Shown here piece by piece: positions 12,501 to 25,771 of a stretch of 64,000 nt of DNA. The position numbers were made by a program, and so were the translations under genes. Source of the stretch: Isurus oxyrinchus (lineage: Eukaryota). Under the pieces are notes generated by a model. The model ran no database searches and had not been told where the DNA came from. It was given only the letters and a program-made list of their open reading frames with translations. Numbering within the stretch: the first letter of the stretch is position 1; every line of letters begins with the position of its first letter. The DNA lies in NCBI GenBank assembly GCA_026770705.1, contig JANJGN010000031.1:1302001-1366000 (forward strand). The letters run 5' to 3'.

Positions 12501-13390
12501 ATCCACAAATATCCCTCCCTCCACCACCGATGCACAATAGCAGCAGCGTGTACTATCTACACGATGCACTGCAGGCTCCTTAGGCAGCACCTTTCAAACC
12601 CACGACCACTGCCATCTAGAAGGAAAAGAGCAGTAGATATATAGAAACACCACCACCTGCAAGTTCCCCTCCAAGTCACTGGCCATCATGATTTGGAATT
12701 ATATCGCCGTTCCTTCACTGTCACTGGGTCAAAATCCTGGAATTGTCTCCCTAAACAGCACTGTGGATGTACCTATACTACATGACCTGCAGTGGTTGAA
12801 GAAGTCAGCTCACCACAATCTTCTCAAGGGCAATTAGGAAAGGACAATAAATGCTGCCCTAGCCAGTGACACCCAAATCCCGTGAAAGAATAAAGAAAGT
12901 CAGGAGTGTAATGGAATGCTCTACATTTGCCTGACTGTTTGCAGCTCCAACAACACTCAAGGAACTCGCCACCAACTAGGACATAACAGCCTGCTTGATC
13001 TGCACCTCAACCACCTCCTGAATCATTAACTCCTTCCACCTCTGTCTCACAGTGGAAGCAGTGTGTATGATCCACAATAAGGATTGGCAGTAATTCGCCA
13101 AGGCTCCTTGGATAACAGCTGTCCAACCTTCCACCACCAGCAGCTAGAAAGGCAAGGGTAAGATGTGCATGGGAACCCGACCAACGAAACTTCCTCTTCA
13201 AGTCTTCCACCATCCCAATTAGAAGCTACATCGTCGTTCATTCACTCCCACGGGATCAGAAAGCCGCAATTCCCTTCCTAGCAGCACTGTGGGTGTGTCT
13301 ACTCCACTTGAACTGCAACACTTTAGAATGGCAACTCACTACCCACTTGTCAAGAGCAATTAAGCATGGGCAATAATTGCCACATTAACA
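9515..13390 (+). mobile_element. Cluster of CR1/L2-superfamily LINE copies; longest about 10320-12895, degenerate endonuclease and RT
   Basis: RT-type motifs (ITAGVPQ, VDQKLN..HIN) and repeated 3' tails GGGCAATTAGG..AATAAATGCTG. Confidence 0.8.
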
Positions 13391-13425
13391 GTGACATTTA
13401 GCGAGTTAAGATCCCTCCTTTCTTT

Positions 13426-14117
13426 GTAAAAACTCAGCAGGTCTGGCAGCATCACCGGAGAAGAAAAGAGTTGAAGTTTCGAGTCCTCATGACCCTTCAA
13501 CAGAACTAGGTGAATACAAGGAAGGGGTGAAATATAAGCTGGTTTAAGGTATGTGTGTGTGGGGGGGGGGGGGGTGTTGGGTGGGGGGAGAGAGTGGAGG
13601 GGGGTGGTGTGGTTGTAGGGACAAACAAGCAGTGATAGAAGCAGATCATCAAAAGATGTCACAGACAACAGAACAAAACACATAGGTGTTGAAGTTGGTG
13701 ATATTATCTAAACGAATGTGCTAATTAAGAATGGATGTAAGGCACCATCCATTCTTAATTAGCACATTCGTTTAAATAATATGACCAACTTCAACACCTA
13801 TGTGTTCTTTTGTTCCGTTGTCTGTGACATCTTTTGATGATCTGCTTCTATCACTGCTTGTTTGTCCCTACAATCACACCACCCCACTCCACTTCTCTCC
13901 TCCCACCCAACCCCCACCCCCCACCCCCACATACACACACCTTAAACCAGATTATATTTCACCCCTTCCTTGGATTCACCTAGTTCTGTTGAAGGGTCAT
14001 GAGGACTCGAAATGTCAACTCTTTCCTTCTCCGCCGATGCTGCCAGACCTGCTGAGTTTTTCCAGGTAATCTGTTTTTGTTTTGGATTTCCAGCATCCGC
14101 AGGTTTTTTTTGTTTTT
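13426..14117. mobile_element. Fold-back Penelope-like insertion with 15-bp target-site duplication
   Basis: Arms about 13428-13737 and 13746-14061 are near-identical inverted copies; ATCCCTCCTTTCTTT at 13411-13425 and 14118-14132. Confidence 0.85.
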
Positions 14118-17094
14118 ATCCCTCCTTTCTTTACCCATTTAAGCCGACATCATTTTTTCTATTTCTTTATCCTTCACTCATCCAGGCACCACTTCTTTCC
14201 CTTGTAACTCGGCATCGAACATTTTAATAAGTGATCTATTCTAATGATGCTTTGTATTTTCAATCATTAATTGTCTTTACAAAACATTGCAGTTCGCTGC
14301 CTCAGTGCACGGCATATACAATGAAATAGGGTCTACCTGGGAAAGCACGGCTGCCGGAAATACACGAAAGGTGCAGGGTCGAAAGACAACGCACAGCACA
14401 GGGAAAACACAGCAGAACCGGGACTTAAATGTACTAGAAATTGTAGGAAATATATCCAGAGTCGAAAGGGGAAACGAGGAACTACAGGATATTCACAATA
14501 AATGAGAGTCTGAAGTCCGCCAAAAGAGCATTGCAACACGCAAGATGCACATAGACTAAAGAAAGATTTATTTAATTATCTATTATGGTGGGATTGGAAC
14601 TCATATCTCCAGGTGCTTCACTCAGGATTGTTAGGCTAGTCATATAACAGCACTGTTATCTCGCACTTTAACCTGTTTTCATGCCTCAGCCATGCTAGTG
14701 GAAAATGAAGTGTCCGTGGTTCCCTGCAGGTGATGTGTGATGCTCTGACTCTCATGTCTTTAAACACAAACACCAGGCTGTTATCTTTCTTGGTGCATAT
14801 TTTGTCCTATTTAAAAATTGGCAGCTACACCCTGATAACCGCACACCCTGACTGTTTTCTGTCTCTTTATCTCTGCACTATTTAATAATGCTTCTGCAGT
14901 TTTTGACAATTTTTTTCCACAAGAGCATCGAAACAAAATGTGCAGCTATTTGAGGCGATTGATTGAATTAGACAGTGTAGATAGGAGAATGGCCCTACGA
15001 AGGAGCAGGCACTGAATCGCCAAATGACCTCCGTCTGTGCTGTAACATTTTGTGGTTCTATGACATCTACCCGGAAATGTGCTCTGATGCGAGTGTCTGA
15101 AAATATTTCCAACAAAATTTACAATCAAAAATTATAGAGGGAAGAAGATATAGCGCCCAAATCACTTTCATTCCCAGTTTTCTATTCCGTCGAGGGCAGA
15201 AGATTTAGGAGAGATCAAATCGAGGTATTAGAAATGATTAAATTGTTTGATAAGGTAGACAGAGACAAAAACTCTTTCTCTGTTAGGGACATCCAGAACA
15301 ATGGGATCTACCCTTAGAATTCAATCTAGGCTGCCCAGCGGTACTGTCAGGAGGCACCCGACACAAAGGTGATTGGAAATCTGGAACTCACTTCCATCAA
15401 CAAGCTGTTGAGGCTGGCGTGCGTGCGGGGTGCGGGTGAGGTTGATGGTGTTGGTGTCTACACCAATGTTAAAACCAATATTGTGATTTTTTTTTGTGAG
15501 GGAAAATATTAAGCCGCATGGTCGGAGACACGTAGATGGAGTTAGATGGAGATTAACCATGATGTCATTGAATGGCTGAAGACACTCAAGGGGCCGTTGC
15601 CTGTTTGTATGTGGCTTTGCCTTTCGGTGATGATGTTGTTAGCTGATTGACAGTTTGAAAGCCTAACAATGTAATAATAAAGTTACCTTGTTTGCAGGCT
15701 TGTGCATAAGCTGGATCATAACATTCGATGACTGGTCCCTAAATGCCAAAGGTTGATTAACCATAAGAAATCAAATCTCACCAAACCCTAATTATTGCTT
15801 TAGACGCGAATAGCAAGTGTAACACAACTCTTGTTTCTTTCTAACCTTCCAACAATCACAGATTATTTCAGCACGGAACAGAAGGCAGTCACTAGGCCCG
15901 TCGTACATGTGTTTTCTCTTTGAAAGTGTTACTCCATTAGTCCCACTTCCCCATCGCCTGCTGTTAACACATAAGTCTACAAATATTTTCCCTTTTAAGT
16001 AAATACCAAATGCCCTTTTTAAAGTGACTATTCAAACTACTACTGACAACCTTCCAGGAAATGCATCCAGATAACGACGTCTCGCTATGTAATTTCTGTA
16101 TGTCGCCTCTCATTATTTTGGCAAAGACATTAACTATGGGCCCTCTTGTTACCCATCTGTATGTCTATCTATCTACCTACCTGATCTCAGGGACTGTGCC
16201 TATAACATAACAGGGAGCAGTCAGCACCAGAGTTCACATTGAATCATCAACACAAAATACGACAGATACTGGAGATCTGAAATAAAAAAAAAACCCTGGA
16301 AAAACTGGCAACATCTGTGGCGAGAGAAACAGAGTTAATGTGTCAAATCCAAAATTATTTTTCAGAACTTTCGAAGAACACTCATGCCTGACTGGAAATC
16401 TTAACTCTATTAACCTGGTCTGTTCATCTTGAGCTGCAGTAGGAAAGGAGGGATTAAAGAATGACAGATTGAACTAAAGCGAGTTTGTTTGAATAAAGGG
16501 AAGAGGCGGTGGTGTAATTCTAACGCCACTAGACTAGTGATGCAGACACCCAAGGAGACAGGGTAGAGGCAGCAGCTGGTGGAATTCAAATTCAATAAAT
16601 AAATCTGGAATAAACAGGGACGATATAACTATCATCAGTTGTTGTAAAATACCATCTGGCTCATTTCTTCCTCTTTAGGGGGGGACAATTGTTGTTGATA
16701 GATGTGAGCCAGGCCCAAGGTAATGTGCCTAACTCTTAACTACCCTATGAAATGGCTCAGCCAGCCACTCAGCTGAAGGGCAATTAGTAATGGGTAAGTG
16801 AGGGGGAAAGGAAGAGCGCAAGAAAAAAATAGGAATAAGTAAGAAAGAAAAGTGGAAAGAACGGCAGAATGGAAAGAAGAAAGTAATGAATGAGAGAGAA
16901 AGAAAGGATAACAGGAATGAAAAAATAAAAAAGGATGAGAGAAGCAAAGAAATATAGAAAGAAGGCGAGCTTGATTGCACGAAAGGAAGACTGAAAGAAT
17001 CAGAAAGGAAAGCGTTGACAATGAAAGTGAGAAAGGTAAATGGAAGCAAAGAGCTGAAGACAGGAAGCACAATTACATGAAAACAAAATGCTAA

Positions 17095-17450
17095 AGTGCG
17101 GAAGTTCAGTTACGACGTGTCCAGCAGCCACGTTCGTTTGCAAAGGGGCGGCAGGTGCAGGCGTTCAGAGAGAATTTATCACCCAGGAGGAAATGAGAGG
17201 GCAACATCTCAGCCAGCCATCCTCCAAACTCAAGAGTACCTTGGCTACAGGTGCCACGTTCCGTTAAACCGCAGAGTGAAACTCGGGCCCACGACCTACT
17301 TTGGAAATCCTGTGCCACGTCTGTTAGCTCAAAGCTGCATCCCACCACTTCCGTTTGATATTTTTCCGTGCAGCTGCTGTTTTTCTACCCAGTTCGTGTC
17401 TTGGTTTGAGTCAGTACTTTCCAGTCTGATCAACCGACGGAAATAACAAT
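17095..17450. promoter_or_regulatory. Candidate TCR beta enhancer (Ebeta-like)
   Basis: Non-repetitive, CpG-rich block between Cbeta and the inverted Vs. ETS CGGAAGT (17099) and ACTTCCG (17347), RUNX AACCGCA (17267), E-boxes CAGGTG (17152, 17248) and CAGCTG (17371), AP-1 TGAGTCA (17407), three GCCACGT. Confidence 0.55.
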
Positions 17451-18689
17451 AGACATGGATTTTAAAGTCAACTTACATTATTGCTTTCTCGTCTGCTTTT
17501 GCACTCATGCAGCTGAATCCTTTAATAAAACTAAAATTCAATTTTCGCCACATTATAAGATATAGTAAACTCCTGATCAAGTCTGCCTTCCCGCGTTGAT
17601 TTCTTCTATTGCAACTGTTCGCATTTTTGCATGCCGTGTGCTCGTTGAAGTAAATAATCGGTTTGGGGTGTGTAACAGTGTTGGAAAAGAGGAAGGGGGA
17701 GATGCGAGATCGAATTCGGCGAGAGTGAAAGCGTGAAAGGGAGAGAGAAAGATAAAGGTATAAAGACAGAGGAGAAAGAAAAAGAGTGGGAAAGGCCGAA
17801 AGCCACAAAGTCAAAGGCAGAAAGACGGGTGAGAGAGAGACAGAAAGAGGCAGAGAGAGAAAGCAAGAGCCGGGGAAGGAAAGGTGGTAGAGAGCTAGGT
17901 AATTGGCAACAAGGGCAAGAAATGGAGAGAGGCAGAAAGACAGACAAACATACAGAATTAGAGTGAGCGAGGCAGAAGGAGAATGTGAGAGAGGGAGAGT
18001 TAAATAGATATGGACAGGGTTTAGGAAGACGAAGTAAAAGTCAAAAAGTCAGAGGGAACTGCAGAGAAGCATGGAGAAAGAAGGAGAATTGAACAGTAGG
18101 CAGGTAGAGAAAAATGAGAAAGGCTGGGACAGACGAGAAAGATAGGAAGAGAGATGGCACAATCGATATATAGGCACATGGAGAGAGAGAAGAGAGACAA
18201 AGCGCAAGAAAAAACAAAGAGAGGATATGGCCAGGAAGCGACATAAGTGAATGTAGGGTGGATAGAAAAGCAGTAAGGAGTAGGTCTTAGGAAAAGAGAG
18301 CATGGAGGTTTATAGGGACAGAGAACTTGTGGGAAAGTGAGGAAAGGAATTGGAACAAGGGCAGATGGAGCCAAGCAAAGAAAGAAACATTGGAATAGAA
18401 GGACAGAAGGAGATACTGTCCATGACAAATTGTACCGAGTTTCCTAAACATGCTGTGCTTGCAACTTTACCAAACTGGTTTAAAGAATATACTGATGTAT
18501 ATGTGCATCACTCAGTGTGATAACAAACGTCTCTCTCAATGTCTGCATCTCATGAAAATCTCTTTATATTTCATAGGTGTCTGGCTCTATCCCTCCCCCA
18601 ACAGCATGGCTCAGCACTCCCATGGGGCAAAAGGTGGACACCAGCTGCCCTGACATTCGTAATCTCCTACTTAGACACTCACAGAATAA

Positions 18690-21525
18690 CAGAATCAAAC
18701 TGTGCAGAAGAGGCCCTTGAGCCCATCGAGCCTGCATCGACACGTGGGAAACACCTGACCTACATGCCAAATCCCATTTACCAGCACTTGGCTAATAGCC
18801 TGGAATGTTATGACGTGCCAAGCGCTCATCTAGTTCCTTTTGAAAGGATGTGAGGCAACCGGCCACCACCATCCACCCAAGCAGTGCATCCCAGACCGGC
18901 ACCACCCTCTAGGTAAAAAAATGTTTCCTCACATCCCCCCTATACCTCCTTCCCCTCACCTTGAAATTGTGTCCCATCGTGACTGACCCTTCAATTAAGG
19001 GGAACAGCTGCTCCCTATCCAGTCCATGACCCTCACAATCTTGTACACCTCGATCAGGTCGCCCCCCAGTCTCCTCTGCTCGAACAAAAACAATCCAGGT
19101 CTATCCAACCTCTCTTTTTAGCTTAAACGTTTCATCCCCAGCAATGTTCTGGTTAATCTCCTCTGCACCTCCTCCAGTACAATCACGTCCTTCCTATAAT
19201 GTGGCGACCAGAACTCCACACAGTACTCCAGCTGTGGCCTCAATAAGGTTCTATACAAATCCAACAAGACTTGTCTCCTTTTGTAATCTATTCCTCGATT
19301 TAGAAAGGCAAGTGCTAATATGTCATTTTCATCACCTTACTAAATGCCCCTCCGCCTTCAAAGATCTATGGATACACAGGCCAAGTTCCCATTGTTCCTC
19401 AGAACTTCCTAATGTCATGCCGTTCATTGAATATTCCCCTGTCAAATTACTCCTTCCAAAGTGTATCACCTCACACTTTTCACTGTTAAATTCCATCTGC
19501 CACTTACCTGCCCATTTCACCATCCCGTCTACATCTTCCTGTAGCCCAAGACATTCAATCTCACTCTGAACCACCCGGCCAATCTTTGTGTCATCCTCAA
19601 ATTTACTAATCCTACCCCCCACATAGTCATCTATGTCGTTTATATAAACAACGAATAATAGGGGACCCAGCACAGATCCCTGTGGTACGCCACTGGACAC
19701 TGGATTCCAGATACAAAATCAACCTTCTGTCCTCATCATCTGTCTCCTACAACTAAGCCAATTTTGAATCCATCTTATTAAATTGCACTGTATCCCATGT
19801 GCATTTGCCTTCTTTATAAGTCTCCCATGTGGGACATTGTCAAAGGCTTTGCTGAAATCCATATAAACTATTTCAACTACACTACCATCATCTATATATC
19901 TAGTCACCTCCTCAAACAATTCACTCAAATTTGTTAGGCATGACCTCCCTCTAAAAAAGCCATGCTGACTATCGCTGATCAAACCTTGCCTCTCCAATTA
20001 GAGATAGATTCTCTCGTTCAAGTTTTTCTCCAATAGCTTCATTACCACTGACGTGAGACTCACTGGCCTGTAGTTCCATGGCTTCTCTCTACTGTGCTAC
20101 TGTGCTGCACTTTTCTTTGTTTTATGTTATTTGACCCTTCTTAAATAGCAGAACCACATTCGCTGTTCTCCAGTCCTTGAGTCCTCCCTCGTGGCCAGAG
20201 AGGAATTAAAAATTTGGGTCAGAGCCCGTGCGATGTCCTCCCTTCCCTTCCTCAGCAGTCCAGGACACAAATCCTCCAGACCTAGTGTTTTGTCAACTTT
20301 TAAGCCTGCCAACACCTCCAATACCTTGTCACTCCCTACATTAATTTGCTTAAGAATCCTTCAGTCTCTCTCCCCGAGTTCCATACATTCATCCTCATTC
20401 TCTTGAAGATGGATAGAAGTATTCGTTCAACACTCTACCGATGTCCTCTGGCTCCACCCATGGATTGCCATCTTGGTCCCGAATGGGCCCTACTCCTTCC
20501 CTGGTTATCCTTTTCCCATTGATATACTTATAGATTACCTTGGGGTTTTCCTTACTTTTACCAGCCAGAACTCTCTCATCTCCCCTTTTTGCTCTTCTTA
20601 TTGCTTTCTTAAGCTCTACCCTGCACTTTTTGTACTCCACTAATGACTCTACTGATTTGCGCCCCTTGTACCTGCTAAAAGACTCTCTTTTCTTTCTCAT
20701 TGTGTCCTGAATATCTCTGATAATCTATTGTTGTCTAGGCTTATTACTCCTTCCTATCACGCAAGAGGGAACATATTGAGCCTGTGCCCTGTCCATTTCC
20801 TCTTTGAACGGCCCCCACTGCTCCTCTGTAGATTTTCCCACAAATATCAGTTCCCAGTCTACCTTGGCCAGATCCTGCCTTATTTTACTAGAATCCGCAC
20901 TCCCCCAATTCAAAACATTTTTTTTTTGCAACTTGTCTATTTATTTGCCCATGGAAAGCGTAAATTGCACCACATTGTGTTCACTATTACTAAAACGTTC
21001 CCCACCACCTCCCCAGCCACCTGCCTGGCTTCATTCCCCAGAATTAGATCCAACACTGCACCTCCCCTTGTTAGACACTTTTCATATTGACCTACGAAGT
21101 TCCCTTGTACACATATTACGAAATCTACTCCATTCAATCCTTTAACATTATGCCTATCCCAATTAATGTTTGGAGAGTTGAAATCACCCTATTGTTATTG
21201 TTTTACACACCTCCGCGAATTGTGCACATATTTGCTCCTCAATTTCCCGATGACTGTCTAGAAGTCTATATTAAACACCTAACAATGTGGCTGCCTCTTT
21301 TTTATTCCTAAATTCTACCCACAAAGCTTCATTCCATGTCCCCTCCAAGATATTATATCACCTTACTACAATCACTGACTCCTTAACTAATAATGTGATA
21401 ACTCCTCCTCTTTTGCGCCCTCCCCTGTTTCGCCTGAAGGTTCTATATCCCGGAATATTGAGCTTCCAATCCTGTCAATCCTTCAACCACGTCTCCGTGA
21501 TGGCTACCATATCACAATTCCCTTA
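18690..21525 (-). mobile_element. CR1 LINE, 5'-truncated, about 2.8 kb
   Basis: SQHGF..GRSCLTNL, VYMDFSKAFD.VPH, SGVPQGSVLGPLLFVVYIND, KFEDDTKIG. Confidence 0.92.
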
Positions 21526-22528
21526 GTGACTGTAAGCGCAACTGCCGGTTTGCAGCAAATCATTTACAAGGAAGCGGTGTTTTGACATTTATGCCAAATC
21601 TGAGAATGAAATTGTCCAAACCAGGAACCGACAGAGAAGATTCTTGGTGAAATTGAATGTGAGGACCATCGTAGAAGCGTTCTAGGAGTGGCCTTGGGCC
21701 AAAAGTCCAGAGATATAAATTCAACTCCTATTACAGCAGCTGGAGAACTTAAATTAAGCCTGAGAACATGGAATAAAATCTATCATCACTAATGGTGACT
21801 TTTAATCTACTGGCTAATTGCAAAATCCAATCTGGCTGGGAGGGATTATATCATCTTTACGCAGTCTGCCTTCCATGTGACTCCAGGCCCACAATTTTGC
21901 GGTTGACGCATAATTGCCCTGTGAAATAGCCTAGCAGACCATTCGGTTGTATTCAAGTAGGTGAGGGCAATTAGGAATACGTATAGTATGCTGGCCTTGC
22001 CAGCTTTCCGCACATCCCATGATTTAATTTAAAGAAAATTCCCGCCCAAAGGTAGTAGTCCAATGGTTGGCACCCAGAATCATATACTGCAACACAAAGA
22101 AAACGAGAGGACGACTCGAACCGGTCACAGAACTTGGAATCTACTCAGCCCACTATGCCTACTGGATAAGATTGCCGGGAGGCCCTACAGCCCACAAGAA
22201 TTGTTGCTCTGGACGTGGAGTTCTTTCAACATTCTCGAGTCTGTTGTATAGTGACAGGAGGAGAAGATATATCCCTCTGGTGCATATTACATAGGAACAC
22301 GATGATGCAATTAAATACCCAGCACCTGCTCCGACATTGAATTAGACAGTGGCTGATCTGCTTCTTAACCCCATTCCCCACCTTTGTTGGATATCCCTTG
22401 ATAGCCATACTAAACAAACACCTATAAAATGTCTATGTACAAATTTTTGTCTTTACAAAAGCATGGCGTTTGGGGGAAAAGCTGAAATAACGATGAAAAG
22501 AAACGGGTTTCTTTGTAGAAATATTCTA

Positions 22529-22534
22529 TTTATT
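22529..22534 (-). terminator. Candidate polyadenylation signal of TRBC
   Basis: AATAAA on the minus strand about 750 nt after the stop, followed by T-rich sequence. Confidence 0.5.
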
Positions 22535-23277
22535 TCTTAAACAATGAACAAATAGAAAGAAATGTAAAAAGAACAGAAGTCACCTGTCCATACAGGATGC
22601 ACTGAGAAGCCCATGACAAATAATGGACAAGTGTGAGCCCAGTCTCCATCCACAATATTTGAACTGAATTCTAAAACTAACAATAAGAGTTGTGCATTAA
22701 TCTACAAGAGTAAATACGTTGATATGCGCACCAAACAGAATTTTAGTTACAGTGTACCTTCTGCTGCTTAGCAATATGCACAGCTTTACTAGACTGGCAA
22801 AGGAGATTTTGTTTCATGGGGAGATTAAAGAGGATGTAATTGTTCACCTTGGGATAAAGTGGAACAAATGGCTGACTTTTTTTCAAACAGCAAGCATTTG
22901 CACAATGGGACAAATGGCATCCTTTAGTGCTGATAGATCCTATACTTCTTTATAAAGAGTCAAAGGACACAGAATAACAATGAATAAGCAAATAATCTAG
23001 AAAAAATGTTGTGAATTTCTCAAAACGTAACCTGTTCAGGCAGCAGGAATTTATAGCAATCTCAAGATTATGAACGGATTCATTCCAAGCGAAAAGCTAA
23101 AATTTCATTTCGTACATTTCATCCATTAATTTCACACAACAACAGTGCGCCTATGTTTACACCGGTGTGGCGGGAGTTGATCGGCAAAATTCACCCCCTA
23201 GATATTCACAGTAGTCATATTTTCTCTTCTCCTTCTCTCGTGTTTTCCACCGTTTATCTGTTCAACGCTTGTGATGG

Positions 23278-23304
23278 TCAATCAAATCTTTTGCTGTAAG
23301 ATGT
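23278..23304 (-). CDS. TRBC: TCR beta constant exon 4 coding part (cytoplasmic tail and stop)
   Basis: T-rich tract then gcacag|ACA TCT TAC AGC AAA AGA TTT GAT TGA = TSYSKRFD*; phase 0 matches the exon 3 donor. Confidence 0.85.
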   Translation of the reverse strand, partial: TSYSKRFD

Positions 23305-23799
23305 CTGTGCACAATGAAAAAAATACAGTCTGCCTTTTAATCATTTTAAAACCAGAATCATACAGCACAGAAGAAGGCCAACCTCCTGGCATTTCTAAAG
23401 GGATAGCCAATTAATCCCAATTCCCAGCTGTCTTCCCATAGCCCTTATCCAGATCGCAACACTTATACATCCAGCGTCATTTTGAAAGTTACTATTGAAT
23501 CTGTTTCTATTGCCCTTTCTGGCTGTCAGTTCCAAATCAGGACAACTCGCTGCATAAACCGCCACCACCACCATCCCCCCACCCCCATCTCCCCCCACCC
23601 CCCCACCACCCCCCCCCCCCCCCAGCTCCTCCTTTGGTTTTTTTGGTCAGTTATTTTATACTTCTGCGCTCTGCTTACCAATCCACCTACCACTGGACTC
23701 AGTGTCCCATTACTTACACAAGGCTCTCAATTGTGTCTGAGCCATTTCTGCACTCTTCCCTTCCCCACCCCACCCAGAACCTCTTTTTCCACCCCGCCA

Positions 23800-24730
23800 G
23801 CTTCCGCATTCAATGTATTATCTTCACCAACTCCAGCAGTGTGCCACCACTAGACACACCCTCTCCTTTACTTTAAGCATTCTGAAGGACTATTCCCTCT
23901 GGCCCACTCTTCTATCAAGCCCAACACCACATCCTTTCCCATGGCAACGTCCCATGCAATCACCGGAGGTGTAACACCTGGCCAGTTACTTTCTCCCTCC
24001 TCACTCCTTTAAGGTCAAGCAACGATTTACTTGTGCTTCTTTCAATCTAGTCTATTGTATTCGCTGCTCACAGTGTGATCTTCTTGGCACTGGGGAGACA
24101 AGTCGCCGACTGGATGAGCATTTTATGCAGCACCTTAGCTCAATTCTCCAGCACGACCCTGACCGCCAGATCTCTTGCCATTTCAATTCACCGTTTTGCT
24201 CTCATGCTCTCATTCTTGTCATTGGCCTGTTGCAATGTAAAACCCAATGCAAGCTTGAGGAACAACACCCCATCTTCCGATTAGGCAATTTACAGACTTC
24301 CAGACTCAACATTCAGTACAACAACTTCAGACCATGAATTGTGTCCTCCATTTTGTAGTTTCCCCGAGTGCCAACCTGTATCTTGGTTCTAATGCCTTGC
24401 TTTCAGGTAGCTCTGACCTTTATTCTCTAGACCAATGCTTTGTTCCTTTACTATACCATTACCACCCTCTTTGCCTTTGTTCCATGACATAGCTGTCATT
24501 CGCTTTCCCCCGCATTCTAACCTTCTGACCTTCCCATTTTCTCCAGCTGACTCTCTCCCTTTTCAATAGCTTAAAACGGATCACATCCTTACTTCTCTTC
24601 CATTCCAAAGAAGAGTCATATTGGAGTCGAACGGTTAACTGTCTGTCTCTCTTCAGAGTTGCTCCCTGAGTTTTTCCAACATTTTCTGCTTTATTTAAGA
24701 TCTCCAGCATCAACAGTATTTTGCTTTTAT
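23800..24730 (+). mobile_element. Penelope-like element with GIY-YIG endonuclease remnant, in Cbeta intron 3
   Basis: RFTCASFNLVYCIRCSQC..GETSRRL.EHF.QHL at about 24022-24136. Confidence 0.8.
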
Positions 24731-25664
24731 CTCACCATTTACACCACTGACTCTGTTCATGATTTTCGAACACTTCTGTGAAATATCCCCTTACACTTCC
24801 CTGCTGTAAGGAGCACAATCCACTTTTCATGCAATAACAGACGTGATGCATCCCTGATACCATTCAAGGAAATCTCTTCATGCTGTGCAATGACTTGACA
24901 TCACTGCCCTGACAAAATCAGTAATAGTCGTTATGACTCATACTATCCTGGTCATGCTTTCTTGATCTTAAACCCAAAGCGTTGTTAAAAAGCAGAAAAC
25001 TGTGTTTATTTGTAAAAGAAAATCATGAATCACAACAGAATAAAATATATTCAATTCTGGTTTTTTACATAGTGTCATGGGCAATTTGAGTGAAATGGAA
25101 GTTTTTTTTTCATTCGAATAATGTAGAATAAAAATCAACAATAGGAGCCTCTAACATGAGATATGCACTGGCACATCCAACAGTGAATTCAACGGAAACA
25201 TATTTTTACCCAGGGACCAGTTAAAATGTGGAACTTGCCACCATTTACAGTTATTGAGGCGAATAGTAAAGATGCTGCCATGGCAGAAGGTAGATAAGCA
25301 AATAGATGTACGCAGTAACAGAAGGTCATGGTGCTAAGGTCAGATTAAGTGAGGTTGGGCTAGTATGATGCGTAAACAGTGGCAGGCACAATTAGGGCTG
25401 AAAGGGCTATTTCTGTCCTATAAGTGTAATTCTATGAATGAATAGATGGATTTCTTCATTGACATCATTTAAAATCATGTAAAACCGTTAGCATGAACGT
25501 GGAGTGCAATTTTGCTGCAGAAAATCTGTAGCATGAGATTCGGTCAAAGTATAGGGACCCAACGACTGAAGGAACAACATTTTTGTTCCTGCTTGGGCAC
25601 CATAAAGAACCCAGCTTCACTTTTGGAATGCATATTTTAATACATTTAGTTAGTTTAATCTGAC

Positions 25665-25771
25665 CTTGGTTTTCCAAGCAAGTATTGAGACGAATAGTCC
25701 ATAAAAGATGCTTTTGCAGATCAGGGTCAGGTACGTCAATTTTGCTGCTCCCATGCTTTGCATTTTCGCTT
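25665..25771 (-). CDS. TRBC: TCR beta constant exon 3 (transmembrane)
   Basis: cacag|AA...AAG|gtcaga; 107 nt; EAKMQSMGAAKLTYLTLICKSIFYGLFVSILAWKTK with the intramembrane Lys and the Y..L..K...Y pattern of TCR beta TM. Confidence 0.95.

Noticed and set aside
15644-15653. TGATTGACAG PBX/MEIS-type site
   Set aside because: A single motif with no supporting cluster.
17096-17446. 116-aa ORF in the CpG-rich block
   Set aside because: No ATG start, no Ig or other recognisable motif; the block fits a regulatory element better.
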